A DNA stretch of 64,000 bases, from the NCBI GenBank assembly GCA_964035545.1, contig OZ037773.1:401751-465750 (forward strand), read 5' to 3'. How positions within the stretch are numbered: the first letter of the stretch is position 1; each line of letters begins with the position of its first letter. The notes under the pieces were generated by a model, which worked only from the letters and a program-made list of their open reading frames with translations, was not told where the DNA came from and did no database searches. The translations under genes and the position numbers were made by a program. Shown here one piece after another: positions 1 through 26,577 of this stretch. Source of the stretch: Bugula neritina. Taxonomy: Eukaryota; Animalia; Bryozoa.

Positions 1-408
1 GCATATAGGTCACTGTGTTGGCAGCATATAGGTCACTGTATTGGCAGTATATAAGTCACTGTGTTGGCAGCATATAGGTCATTGCGTTGGCAGCATATAG
101 GCCACTGTGTTGACAGTATATAGGTCACTGTGTTGGCAGCATATAGGTCACTGTGTTGACAGTATATAGATCACTGTGTTGGCAGCATATAGGTCACTGT
201 ATTGGCAGTATATAGGTCACTGTGTTGTCAGCATATAGGTCACTGTGTTGTCAGCATATAGGTCACTGTGTTGTCAGCATATAGGTCACTGTGTTGTCAG
301 CATAGAGGTCACTGTGTTGGCAGTATGTAGGTCACTGTGTTGGCAGCATATACGTTTCTGTGTTGGCAGTATATAGGTCACTGTTTTGGCAGCATATTGG
401 TACTGTGC
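1..408. repeat. 23-bp minisatellite (gcatataggtcactgtgttggca)n, about 17 copies, runs off the window start
   Basis: Direct tandem periodicity of 23 nt with scattered substitutions. Confidence 0.95.
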
Positions 409-842
409 TATCTGTTTCTTCGGTCACCTGAGCTATAATTGATGCAGTAGCAGATGGCGGAGATATATGGTGCTATTATTATTCTATCTAAAATATTACT
501 TCTAGTGTTTCATAATTTTTGACCTGTTATTTAGTTCCTTTGAGAAAAAATTTTTGGTTTTTTAACTGATGCTTGATGAAGGCCTACATAGTTAGCTAGT
601 TATTTTTCTACATAGACCAATGACTTATTAGATAATATTCTCGTACATAATAATTTATAATGTTATATTATAATATATAATAATCATATATGACATTATT
701 ATATATAATAGTATTGTATGTTTTGCTTGTTTATATAATATCTTGCACATTTTATATATCACATGTCTGTATATATTAGTAGTATTATGTTGCATTCTAT
801 ATGTGTTATATATCATTATTAACATATATTTGTATTCATTAG

Positions 843-12911
<12,069 letters not shown>

Positions 12912-15649
12912 TTCATTGACTCACCAGTCTCTATCTCTTCTATCAGACATTACAGTATGAAACTGTTGCTATTAGACAATACAGTATGAAACTGTTGTTA
13001 TTAAGCAATACAGTATACTGTATAAAACTTGCTATCCATTCATTCCGATTAGTGCTAGCTGCTCTGGTTTAAAGTACAGTCTAACAAGCAAGACATAATT
13101 TAAATATTTGTTTAATACTGACTTATCTTTTCAGCAAGAAAGTCAGTTTTATTTTTATTAGTTCTAGGACGTGGGTTTATGGTGAATATACAGTTGTAGG
13201 TGAAGTTGTAGAAAATGGAAATGGTGCTAGAAACTTTGTGTAAAGATTGTTTACTTTGAGAGTAGTTAAGTAACATTACAATAATATTTAATGTGTTTTA
13301 TAGTCACCATCCCTGTGAGAAAGACTGATGGTTATTATATAACATATTACATATATATAAAATATAGCTATATTTCATATATCTGTAATATAATATATAA
13401 TTCTTACCATCTAGTACAGCTAGTGTATATTGTGATTTTATCTTAGGCTACTTTATTATTAGGTATTTTATTTTGTATTAGTATTATTAAGTATTATATT
13501 TGTATCAAGTATTTTATTAAGTGTTATATTTTGCATCTTTTTGTCTATATTTCGTAAAATATATAAATACCAAAGACCAACCAACCATGTTGTTTAACAC
13601 AAGTTTATACAATACAAGTAAATTACTGTATGCTTATTAGAATAAAACATAGACTTTTTACTACTTTTATATAACTATGGCATGACAACTTCATAACGAC
13701 ACCTGGTATAGCTGTATATTCTGATTCACAAGTTGATGTGGTAACTTTCAGCTGTTCCAAAGTTTTCTAGTTGCCTGAGACTTTACTAACAGTACAGTCG
13801 CCCTAAGCTGTTGTGCAGCAAATTTTTACCAGTATAAAAAATATACCTTAAGTTCAATAAATTGAAGTGTAAAAAACAGTTGCGGTGTGTCCATTGCAGT
13901 TGTATTGAGAAATAAGCTAGAGGTCCTAATCAGTAAAAAGAAGTGCAGCTTGGTCAGTTGGAAATTCTAATCTAATTAGTCTAATCTATAAGTGAACCAC
14001 TGTAGGAATCGTTTTTAAATAATATTTGTTTTATGTAATGAAACTGAAAGATGCTATAGTTTTGCAAACCAATCAAGAAGAAAAAAGCAATAAATTTGAA
14101 AATTAAAATTTTTTTTGAAAAAGCTACCAAAAATATGCTATTTCTTGTAAAATAAAATGTCAATTAGTTTGTTGTTATCCTGCAGTTAGTCAATCAATGA
14201 TATTTCTTGGAGTAAATGTTATATGACTAGTCATTGCTTAGTACAGACATGTCTTTAGCATGCATATATATAAACTAAGTGGTAATATTTTGATTAAGTG
14301 TGCTACAGTTATATTATTAATTATAGACTGTATGCCATCGCACTCGTACATTGTACATCGTACATTGACATACATTGAATTACATATTAGTATAGGGAAA
14401 ATTTATTCGAAAATTCTACAGGAAGTTTTTTTACTTATATATTTCATAGTAATAATTATTCACTTACAACCGTAGTTACTTCCTATTATATTCTTTATAG
14501 CACCACACACATAATAATATATCAGCATGTGTTAGAAATAATAATGAAGTCAAAGCAAGTACAAATTTTTTACATACATGTATATGATACTAACAGCTCT
14601 ACTTTTCTAGAAAATATAAAACAATCTAATGCTTTAGGAAGGTGACATATATATGAACGATCAAATGGTCCAACTGAGCCAGTAGAATAGCATTAATATA
14701 TATGAAGGATTAAAATTAAAAAAGTCAAATTTATACTTTATTTTGACAACTTTCATTTCCTTGAATAATTTAAAATGGCAAGTTACTGGTTTCAAATTAG
14801 CTGAAACAATCCGCGCCTATAAATTAGCTTTTGAAGTTATTGCTGCAGAAATAGCAAAGTGTAGAAGCCAGTAGCTGGGTTTTGCTTCAGAAAGTTTTAT
14901 TATAGTTTAGGAGTTGACTTCTCTTTGATATATTTCTAGTATGGTTATATTTTTATAGATATACAGGGTTTTGACCTAGAAGTGATATAAATAGAAAATC
15001 TAATTTGGTATTAGGGACTATTAGCCAAGCACTTTGTATTGTATGACAGGTTAAAATTTGTAAGACACTCTTATCCTATTGGAATAAAATAGAAATAATT
15101 GGAAATCCATCAATTTTGAGCAAACAACTCCACGTTACAATCCTCAATTATCTTGTGCAAGTGACAGGGTAGCTGTAGTTATGCAAGTGGATTAAACTAT
15201 TTGATTATAATAATATGTAGAATAAAATTCTAAAATATCCTATTGGATTTATTTATAGCTGGTTTGCAATAACTCAATTGACCTATAAAACCTTGATCTA
15301 TGAATATCTTTTATTAGAAAAGTAAATTCAATTTTAAATATCTGAAGTTGTTTTTAGTTTATAAACAAAAAAATTGTTTTATACATGCAGTTGATGTTGA
15401 AGTTCAAACATTTCTAAAGATTAATTCTTAAAAATAACAATTAATTAAAATGGTGTAAAAACTTAGCAAGCAGAAATGCAGATATTGTCTATACTAAAAC
15501 TTAAATTAAGAAAACATGTATCTAAATATTATGTTTCAACATTATTCACTATTATATTATTTTCACAGTTTATTTTTATTATAGTATAAACTTGAAATGT
15601 ACATATGTAGTCATTGAATTATACAGATGTAGATTATTGTATATAGCTG

Positions 15650-15790
15650 TATGTGCATATGTGCATGGGTGTGCGCGTGTGTACGAGTGTGTGTGTGTAC
15701 GCGAGTGTGGGTGTACACGAGTGTGGGTGTGTACGCGAGTGTGGGTGTACACGAGTGTGGGTGTCTGGGTGCATGTTGGCGTGTAGGTGT
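15650..15790. repeat. GT-rich degenerate repeat (cgagtgtgggtgtgtacg-like) just 3' of the GPCR stop
   Basis: Directly visible; would be CA-rich in the 3' UTR of the minus-strand GPCR. Confidence 0.8.
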
Positions 15791-15814
15791 TTAACGTATA
15801 AAGTGTAATCGTTT

Positions 15815-17367
15815 TCATGATGGCTGACTTTTCAATGAAGGTAAGAGTTGTGTGTCTTGATCATTGTATCTTGGCTCACACCTGGAAACTGTCATACTTT
15901 TGCTAGACGATAGCTCTTTGTCAGGTTTCTTTTGTCGAAAACACTGACATAGCAGGTTAATGCAGCTCACAACTTGTCTAACAAATATTATTCTATATTG
16001 ATGACTCATAGAGCTGTAGAGGACAAAGTTCACGGTGCAGCTAATGATTGTCATCAGATCCAGGAGATTTCCCATAGGGTAGAATATTTGCTCATATGTC
16101 TTAGTGTCTATCATTGTTAAACCAAACAGAATTCCCTGTGGCAACTCAGCCAGTGTGAAGACAATAGCCACAGCTGTTAGCAGTTTCGTCGTTTGGTTGG
16201 TCTGTTTCTGACGCCTCTTTTCATTGCCACGACTTTGACCATTGCAAGGAGTTTGGCTGTTCACTCGAGTTTGACTATTGCAACTGGACTTCCTGACAAC
16301 AATTTTCTGGTAATTCTTTTGCGCTTTTATCAGAATTTGCACAAGAATAGCTGAGAGTATGATTAACATAAAGCTGGGTCCTATTTTTACAAATATTGCC
16401 ATCAAGATGTACTGCACCCGAGTTAAAGTTTCACTTCTCTTGATTACCTTTGAAGCATAATCTAAGACATACCAGGTTTCACCTGTAGAAGGGTGCCTGT
16501 ATTCATTGACAGTAAACATCAGAATTTGGGGGAGGATTAGGCACACACTCCCAATACAAACTACTGTTATGGTCACGTAGGCTCGATTCATTGAGCATAA
16601 AGTTTTTCCATTTTTAGCGGAGAGGTAGATGCAGCGGAAGAGAGCTACAGACACGGTTAGCCAGATGCTGATGGTGTGAGAGAGAATGGTGGATATGGCG
16701 TGAAATACGAGGTAGCAGGCGGCTCCAAAATTGTTTCTTTTAGGACTATAAGCGCTTCCATAAGCGATAAAGAACTGTATTGAGTAGGGTATGTATGTCG
16801 ACATGGTCACCACGTCACAAACAGCTACAATAAAAAATTATACAGATCTGTAAACTTGACTCATGTACGAAAACGCAATAACAAACACATGAAAAGAGGT
16901 TCTGGGCTTTGTGTATATCTTAGGATCATCATTTAATTGTGCAATAGTATCAATGAAAGGTAGTGCTTGTAAACAGCTTAAACTATATATTATTGGCAAT
17001 ACTAATTTGGCTTCTTTATCGAACTTCTCAAGTATAGGCTGATTAAGCAGTTTCATCAGAATATTGTTTACATTACGTCATTTAATAAACATTTTTACAC
17101 AGACATATTAATACCAATACAGTTTTGACTACTAGACTCACCAATGGCTTGCAGCAGGCGATTAACAGGTGACACCATCTCCTTGTGAGACAGCACCACA
17201 ACATTAATTATATTCAGAGTAACCCCTACAATACAGACGACCAAGGCCACCGTACCATGAACCTTTTCATACTCTTCCATAGCAATCCTTATGCCAGAAA
17301 GTGTGGTAAGGTCATTCGATAGTGAAGTGGTATTAGGGCTGCCATTGGTCAATGTGTAGTTACTCAT
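15815..17367 (-). CDS. Class-A neuropeptide GPCR, myosuppressin/DmsR (dmsr-1)-like, about 411 aa
   Basis: Coding exons 17367-17142 and 16824-15815 (phase-1 GT-AG intron). Motifs GVTLNIINVVVL, AIAVCD..MSTYIPY, FHA..SHTISIWLTV.VALFRC, TTKLL.AV..VF.LAELPQG, NFVLYSSMS.QYR. N-terminal N-glycosylation sequons NYT, NGS, NTT. Probable 5'UTR acceptor at about 17446. Confidence 0.93.
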
Positions 17368-18231
17368 GGTCCAAAGGGAATAGACTTATCTCTTTATGAC
17401 ATGCGGTTTCCAATCAAATAATTTTATTCATCTGCGTTTGCCAGCCTGTAACATGTAATGTCACTACAATACAGTACAATTCAATGCAATAGGTGTTATT
17501 GGTTTAGCAAAATGAACATTTTTCTATCAACTTTAAAAAAGTTGATATAATTTCTTATCTAGGGTGATTTTGAAATACTGCATTGTATATGTAGGTAAAA
17601 TGCAGTATTTTCCAATATTACCTATCACCTATGTACATATATGTTTTGTTTTCAGTGAAATTATATAGGCATGTGGTGGGTTCTTGTGAGTTGAGACATT
17701 CAGCTCTTCACTCAATCACCTGTTTAGTAACTTCTGTTATATGACCTTGAAATTGCTGGTGACAAATAGTAGAGATGAACTTACAGCTATACAAACCTTC
17801 AATTGGTTTTTTTTATTTGAATATTATACATGGGAAAACGGAGTGTTTTGTTTATATATTAAAGCTAACAGTGAGCAGCCTAACATCAATGCTGGAACCT
17901 GTCAATCTTCACACATGTTTACTAGTAAAATGTTGCTTCATCCAAGTAGCCAGAACGAAAACGCCATAGCCCCGATCTACAGTCTTGGTTCAAAGTCTTA
18001 GACTTAGCTTTTGTTGTTTATTTGCCTTCATAAATTTTTGTTCTAATATCAAATTAAAGCAAAACTACTCTGGCTATGTTTCTCATCTAAAACAAGGGCT
18101 TTTCCCAATTTCTCTATTTCTGCACCTGTAACTCAAATGGTTTGTAGAGTAAGTTTAATGTTCACTAAAGCAATCACTGATATATGTGTTTTGTTCTTAA
18201 TAACAGCTGCTGTTGGCCCCCTTCCCCTCGG

Positions 18232-18374
18232 CTACTACTACTACTACTGCCACTACTACTACTACTACCACTACTACTACTGCTGCTACTACTGCTACTG
18301 CTGCTACTACTGCTGCTACTGCTACTACTGCTACCAGTGTTACTGCTACTACTTACTACTACTACTACTACTGC
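18232..18374. repeat. (cta/ctg)n trinucleotide microsatellite
   Basis: Directly visible. Confidence 0.95.
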
Positions 18375-18894
18375 ACAACTGCCGCACAACAATTTACGTC
18401 AGTTCTATTTCAGCATGGCTATAGGCTTACAGGACTGTTTGCTATGTTTGGGAACGCTTCAATTGTCAGGAAAAGAGACTGATCTGTTGAAACAAAAAGT
18501 TAAGATAGAGTAGTTATAAATCCCATAGGATATATACAATGTTATACCTACTAATGTTTGTTCATGCAGGCAAGTGTAACCTAAGAGTCTCTACACATAG
18601 TCAGGAAATGCGGTTTATTTGTTGTCACTACAATGCTACAAGATTTCACACAGATAAACCCTATAAACACGCAATCAACAGATGTATATCACTTATTTAA
18701 TAAATCTATAAATCATCTAAAAAATGTTGATAGTTGACATTCTCTTGTTGCTCCTTATATACCTAATATACAATTTCAACACAATGGGATAAGATTTAAT
18801 CTAAATTATTTACTTTCAAAGCATCTCTTGTGAGCCTTCTTGATTAGGCTTTTTAACTCAACACTATAGTATAGAGTAAACATGCACGCACATC

Positions 18895-19682
<788 letters not shown>

Positions 19683-20082
19683 GTGTGTGTTGCGTGTCAG
19701 CTACACTTGCCTGCATACCTAATGATGACATGTCGCTACCAGAGATGAAAAGATGCTGCCTATAATCACCCACTCAAAGCCTGCCAAGTGCTCATAACTA
19801 TCAGCCCAGCATGTTGTTAACACTACACTAATCTCTTATGTTATCCCGAACCACTATTAGGCTTACAACATGTTGCTCAATATATAATTATTATTGATTT
19901 TAATTTCTCCAATATAATTATCTTCCATCAGAAAGATAAGCAAGCACTTATTTCATGCCAATGAGATATAAAAACTCATAATTATCCAATCAACTAGCAA
20001 TGCTTGTTATTAGAAAAATTCTATCAAGAACCACCCTGTTGAAATTTTGCTTTCACTTTCTAGAAAATTACAAATAGTCTTA

Positions 20083-20380
20083 GCCTAGGGCCACACGGTG
20101 CATATTTTCCCATGAGAAAACATTCGCACTTGTCGCTCAGCATTATCAACGCAAGTGCGAATCGTCTCTGTCGTCGTCACCCAATTGGCTGCTAGTTATT
20201 CAGCGAGCCCAATTTCTTTATTTTAGTGCTACATTCCAGTAAATTGCGTTTTATTGAAAGCGAGTGCGATTTAAAAATGAAAGCTTTATTTATCACGCAT
20301 CACTGACGCTACAGTGGACACCTTTGCTACCTATAGTTTCAATTTTCGCATGCGAAAATACGCACAGTGTGGCCCTAGGC
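20083..20380. mobile_element. PIF/Harbinger-type MITE (298 bp)
   Basis: About 38-bp TIRs gcctagggccacacggtgcatattttcccatgagaaaa / ttttcgcatgcgaaaatacgcacagtgtggccctaggc, with a TTA duplication on both sides (20080-82, 20381-83). Confidence 0.88.
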
Positions 20381-23300
20381 TTACAATTGCAAATTTAATT
20401 TTAGTCATTTTTGAAAAATACAAAGAGTAAATTTATCACCATCCTTAAACTAGTTGTTTAGGTTTGGAGAGCATTCATATAGTTTGCATAAATATAATAT
20501 GTTTTAAATAGTAAAGTCATTCAAATTTAAACAAGATGAAATGTTCTACTTACAATTAAAACTTTTTCACCCTAGCAAAATTATTTTAAGTATAGTGGTT
20601 TGCAAGCATATTATTATAGTAATTTTCTTTTTGGCTTTATTACAATCTAAGACATTATTCAATTTCTTAAATCTATCATGGTCACACTTATGTATAATTT
20701 ATCATACATAATTCTATTGAATAGTATAAAGTAGTATAATATATTAATTGTAATAGCCTGAAATATTTATCTTAGTTATTCATATATGAAGCATGATTGA
20801 AGTAAACTGTTTAACCCTGAATAACAAAAGCTCTTTAAATGCAAGTAGTATAACTAACTACTATTATAAACTTAAAGCAATTTAATAAATTCCTGATCTG
20901 AAAATACAGAAAAACGTTGAACAATGGCATACCTGCTGGTCAACCCTTCCTATATATTCTGGCAAACTTACTTTACATCATTTGTAGTGCAAATACATTT
21001 TTAAAACAATAAATTTATGCGAGTTTCATTGAGTAGAGGAATATTAATAAAGTTGATGTAAATCTATAATACTATACTAATGAATAAAGTATTTTTACTT
21101 ATTGATTTTTATTAGAACCATCTCTCATTATATATCCGGTGTTGAATGTATAGAAAAGTTGCAAACAAACAAATACGAGTAATATACAACAAGCTTGGCA
21201 ATACCCCAACCTATGTGCACTGCTGGCTATCTATGCTCTGCAACACCTCTGAATTCATCACCACACATACATATTCCTTCACAGAGGACACAATTACTAT
21301 TTGCTGATCTGCAGGCAAGACTGTCTGCAGGTAACATTGGCAGTCAACTTTATGGTTTAATCCCATGCAGCTAATAACAAATAAACAAATTATTCCTCAA
21401 AGTTTTCTGCCACCCTACAACCTTCTTAGATCATTCAGAAATAGAATATGAAAGTTAGCTGCAGCACACAAAACCTACTTTGACGTAGAATTCATACTAA
21501 CTAAAACCAAACAATTACAGGACTATAATTAGGACTGGCTTAAAAAGAAGCGAAAACAAAATTCAATGAAATAAACACATGGTGAGCTCCGGAGATATGA
21601 AAAAGTTAGGCTCTAATAAATAGGATTTTAGAAATAATAAAAATGTCAAATAGAAAACTTGAGTTAAAGCACAACCATGTAGCAAAAGCATTAAAATGTT
21701 TTGAGAAAACTAGCCTGCAATATTTGCTTAACACGGTATGGTAGTTTATGTACTGTGTGGAGCCGGTACCCAAGCTGTGAGGGTACTGCATGATTTTGCA
21801 AAGGGAATTGTCCTCTATGATGCTGTAATTTTATTTTAATGCTAAACTTGAATCATATTTGCAAATGAAGTAGCATAATCTATTCCACACTGTCTTGCAG
21901 CAGCTTAATGTTGATAACCAACAAAAGAAATTCAATAAATTTTATTTCAATAAACAAAAGAGTTGTTTAGTAAAGGAAGGATTTGAAGCTTCATAATCAA
22001 TGCTAGATCAATCACAGTAAACTCCCTCACTGCTGTATAAGCAGAACTTAGTAATTAGTGTTAACCACCTCCATTCCTTCTGCTCTTACCTAACATGATG
22101 TCTTTCTCATGCTGAGCATCTATTACATTCAATGTACATTTGATAATGGTGTAGGATCGATATTCCAGCTTTAAGAATAACTCTTATTTGATTGCAATCT
22201 CGGTACTTAGTATGATTAGATAGTGAAATAAATTGTCTCACAAGTGCACTTTACTAGTTGTCACTGTCTTTACTCATATTCTACTAGATAGAGCTGCTCG
22301 TGCATTGCTCTCTAACACCAGGGAAGCAAACCTTGTCAATTGCTAAAATGGCTGAATCAAACTGCAATTTCATAATGGCATCACATATTAGCAACTTTTG
22401 TCAAACATTAGACATTAAATATTGAAAATATATATATTGTAATTTTAATATATTATAAATTGATTGGAATAGTAATTAATAATGATTTTTACATACATAC
22501 TTAACAAGTAATTTGCTAAATATTCTGAATTAATGGCCACACTTGCTATAGGGAAGTATAAATATCATTTATACATTTCAGGCTAGTGAAAGCCGCCATT
22601 GAGTATGGAGATGTGAAACACTAGAACACCCACACCATTTGTATAAAAGAAACTGGATAAAGTGGCTTGCTAACTTTCACAATAAGCTGTATACACAAGC
22701 ATTATAGTACATGCATGACATAAGTTCTCTCTCACGATACTAACAAGTATTACTTCAAAATCATGCTAATAATCTTCTAATTTGTGATACAAAACTATAA
22801 ATGCAGCTTAAAGTCTAAAATTTATTTAATAAAGTTAGCTCAGTTATATAATAAAATTAATATTCTGTGTTTTTATTTCATAACAACTACAACAAATAAT
22901 GTGACTTAATGAAGTTAGGGCTTTTTAAATTATTCTATATTCTGTATAAAGATACTCCCAGTTTTTTCTTAAAGTCACCTTTTAATTTGCACTGATTTGC
23001 ACTATTGTTGCTGCATGTAAAATGACAACTCATGTAATGTACTTTCAGTGAGAAGACTTACCTTGAGCTATCCTGTAGAGTTGCTGTCAGAGAAATAAAT
23101 ACATAGCTATGTTGAAATTATTATTATTATGGTCTTTTAGCTCATGTACTAATCAATGCAGCAATCAATGAGACTGTTATTGGTGACAATATATTATCAT
23201 TGCCTGATGAATAAAACCTTTACACATTGAAACTGATTGCCTGGATTGTGTGGCAATATTTATATAGGTTTAATGAAATACATTTGTATCTGTGTAAACA

Positions 23301-25903
23301 ATGATAACAAATATTGGTGTATAGAGATTATCAACAAAACTAATAATGACAAAACCTGGTGTGGAGTAACAGGAGATATGTTATTGCTGCCATATTGCAA
23401 GGTCTGAGTATGCATATAGGGCCATTCATTAGGAGACATCCTACTAGGCATTAGGGCAATTGAAGAGTTGTCTGATCTTGTTAAAAGATTTATTTTGTTT
23501 AAATATTATATTTAAAATGAAATAACCAGTGGTTTGATGAAGTAATACGATAAAATGACTAGTGGAGGCTTAAAATAACACAATTCGTTTTAGGAAGGTA
23601 GCAAGGAGGCGATGTTTGGGCGTCTAAGCCCTGTGAGTTCAGTAGAGGACATTACCAATCTAGCAGCAGTTCTTGCATGCAAATTAAACATTTTTGTTAA
23701 GTTTGGTAAAGTTTGTAAGTAAATGTTTATGTACATCTATTGAGGTTAACAATTATATTAGTTTTAAACAAAACTGATATATTAAGAAGTTGTGAATCCT
23801 TAAAATTATATCAAAGCTATAGCTATAGCTATATAGAACTATATACATCAGCTCAATTATGAAGGCATATTGTAGCTGCATAGCTGCAACAAAACTGGAC
23901 CCCTTAGTTATACTGTATTGGATGGCCACTGGGTCAGCAGTGTTGATATCACAAGTCAAATCATGGTTAGCAATCTATAAGTATGTTTGATTTCACTTTT
24001 CCGTACAATTGTGTTTTGCATTATATAGCCATCTAAATTTGCAATAGTTGCACATTTAGAGTTCAAATTTATTCAATCACTTGATGAGTTTAAATGCTGA
24101 GTCTGACTCGAAACGAGTTTGTTTTGAAGTATTCAATGAGTTTATTCAGTATATGCATTTTCCAGTATGAATAATGAACTACATGTAAAATAACCTAATA
24201 ATATAATATAAACTTGTTTGTGATTTTGTTTTAACCGCAGGGCAATGGTGTGAACTTTGAATCAAAGGAAACAGTAAATGAGTAAATCAGTTGTAAAGTT
24301 GTAACTTTCATAGGGAATACTAAAATAGAAAAAGTAGTGTGTAATTGCTTTTCATTTAGTTACTGAGAGAAGTTAAAAGATTAATTCTCTTTGATGTAGA
24401 AGTTAAAAAGTTTAAATGCTCTCAGCAGGACAGTCATGATCAAATTTCTGCATATAATTATGTATGTATATACATATAATTTATGTACATGTCACCGTAC
24501 ATCATCTAACAAACTTATAGCAAAGTAAAGCTCAATTGCAGCTATTGAAAAAATTTCTTTGTGAAAATACTGCAAGGCTTTAGCTTCTAATCAGACATGT
24601 GTTCAGAAAACTAAAACAAATATGAAATCAACTCGATAATAAGGTGGCTGATGATAATATTTGTTTTATTCAAGTATAATTTTGAGCCCATAAAGCAATT
24701 ATATGTAGAATAGAATAAAATTGTTTTTATACGATCCTAGAATAATTACAGTGCATGAACTATTACCTGTTTACGAGAAGTGCAAGCACAAGTGTTAGAT
24801 AATTGTGTAATTGCTTCATCAAAACTGAATAAATCTGTGAAAAAAAGTTAGAATGTGTTTTTAAAATGTTTGGTGTGTGTGGACAGGTCTTGGCTGTTTT
24901 TAAGATTGAATTGTCAAAACCAGGAGTTATGGTTACATGATTATTTTAGTGTAATCATACTGCGTTTTTCACACCTGATGAACTGGTTACAATATTAACC
25001 AATGAATAGTCTACTTTCTAAGGCTATATCTACATGTACTGAAAAGAATCTTTAATAATTGGATGTACATGAACTATCAAGTGGTAGATGGTTAGATTTT
25101 GTGCCATAAAGTAGATCGCAAGTAATATCTGCCACTTATAGAAAAACACTTGAACTTGCTACTTACAATTGACAATAATATATATGGCAGGTTCTATAAA
25201 CTTGACCGAGAGAAATTGCCTTAATTACTTATTACTTAGGCTTGCAATTACCTAATTACTTGCCTTGATTAGTTAAAAGTGACCGAGAGCAGAGGTAGTT
25301 AGGTGATTTGTGGATGTAAAGCTCTTTGTTATTGGCAGCTATTTTTCATGCAAAAAACTTTTGTTGCTATGTGAATTCTTATGACAGCTGCAATTATAGC
25401 AACTGGTAATGCTTGAAGTTCTATCTTTTTTTGTTCTTCACCACCATGGGGTTTCTTACTGAGTGCTATATGCCACCACTTCCACTAACTTCTTAATCAT
25501 AATACAGGCCATGCTTTTAATTTATAATGTTACAAAGTGAAAATCCAATGCAGTACATTTTTTTCACAATATAAGAGAATTAGATGCATTTATTATAATA
25601 TATAATGCTAAATTTATCTAGGAATCAAACAACAATAGTAGGGCCAAATATATCTGTACTTTTTCATATTCCAAGTTGTCAGAGATATAATGAAAAATAA
25701 ACTCACAATGTTTTTATTGTTATAACTTTTGAAGGATATAAAAATATTCCATTTTCAACTTTTTGGCTAAAGAATTTATTTAGCACAAAATCAGTTGTGA
25801 GTAGACAACTCTCATTATGCTAAATTTTGCATATGGATTATTAAAAGGATTTATGTAAAGTAAGAAGGATGAGTGTGGTGAGTGATTGACTTGCCACCAT
25901 TTA

Positions 25904-26059
25904 GGAGCGGTGGTAAAAAAATTGAGATAGCCTAAATTCTTTAATATTTTTATTAAACTTTGGGTTAAGGCACGGGTTTAAATTCTTGTGAGAATATAAC
26001 TTCTTTTGCTGCACTTTCAATTTAGAACACACTTTTCTCAATTTTTCCATTACTGCACC
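25904..26059. mobile_element. Short TA-flanked MITE-like element, copy 2
   Basis: Colinear similarity to 5268-5419 (aaattgagatagcctaa, ataacttcttttgct, ttttctcaa...ccattactg.acctacctc). Confidence 0.7.
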
Positions 26060-26577
26060 TACCTCCTTGCCACATAGACATAAAAAGCTGTAGTTTAACC
26101 AAAATAACTTTGTTATTAATCAACAAATATGAATATAAGAAACAAGCTAAATACACAACATAACAAAATGAAAAAATAGAACTGTATAACTACTAGTTTG
26201 ATTGAAATTCAACATTAGGACAGTAATAGTGTAATTAAGCTATCACAAACTGCGTGTTACATACATAATAGTTGAAAGGAAAAGCAGTTACAATATATTA
26301 ATTAGACATCTTGCCTCCAAAAGTTACAGCGAATGTATTTTCTGCAAGGATTTTAACAATGAGTTGCTAGATATGTACACTAGAGCTACACAGTAGGTAT
26401 ACGCTCGATATTGTTAACTAGAGCTGACGGGAGAGAACCAAAGCGGAGATTTCAAGAGGAGTAGAGACACAGGATGGTATACAGGGGTGGTACAAGCAGA
26501 AGATACAAAGTGTAGGTGCAACATTAGTAACAATTTGAGTTCCGTTTGAAAGGGTATATTGATCCAGAAACTAGTGA

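Noticed and set aside
16838-17056. 72-aa ORF between the two GPCR exons
   Set aside because: The flanking exons join in phase to give an intact TM2 (AIAVCD); the ORF is intronic with no recognisable motif.
18137-18513. Poly-L/S/T/Y ORFs
   Set aside because: Trinucleotide repeat artefacts.
25188-25290. Direct repeat tgaccgagag flanking aattac-rich sequence
   Set aside because: Probably a transposon remnant, but no partner TIR or TSD could be found.
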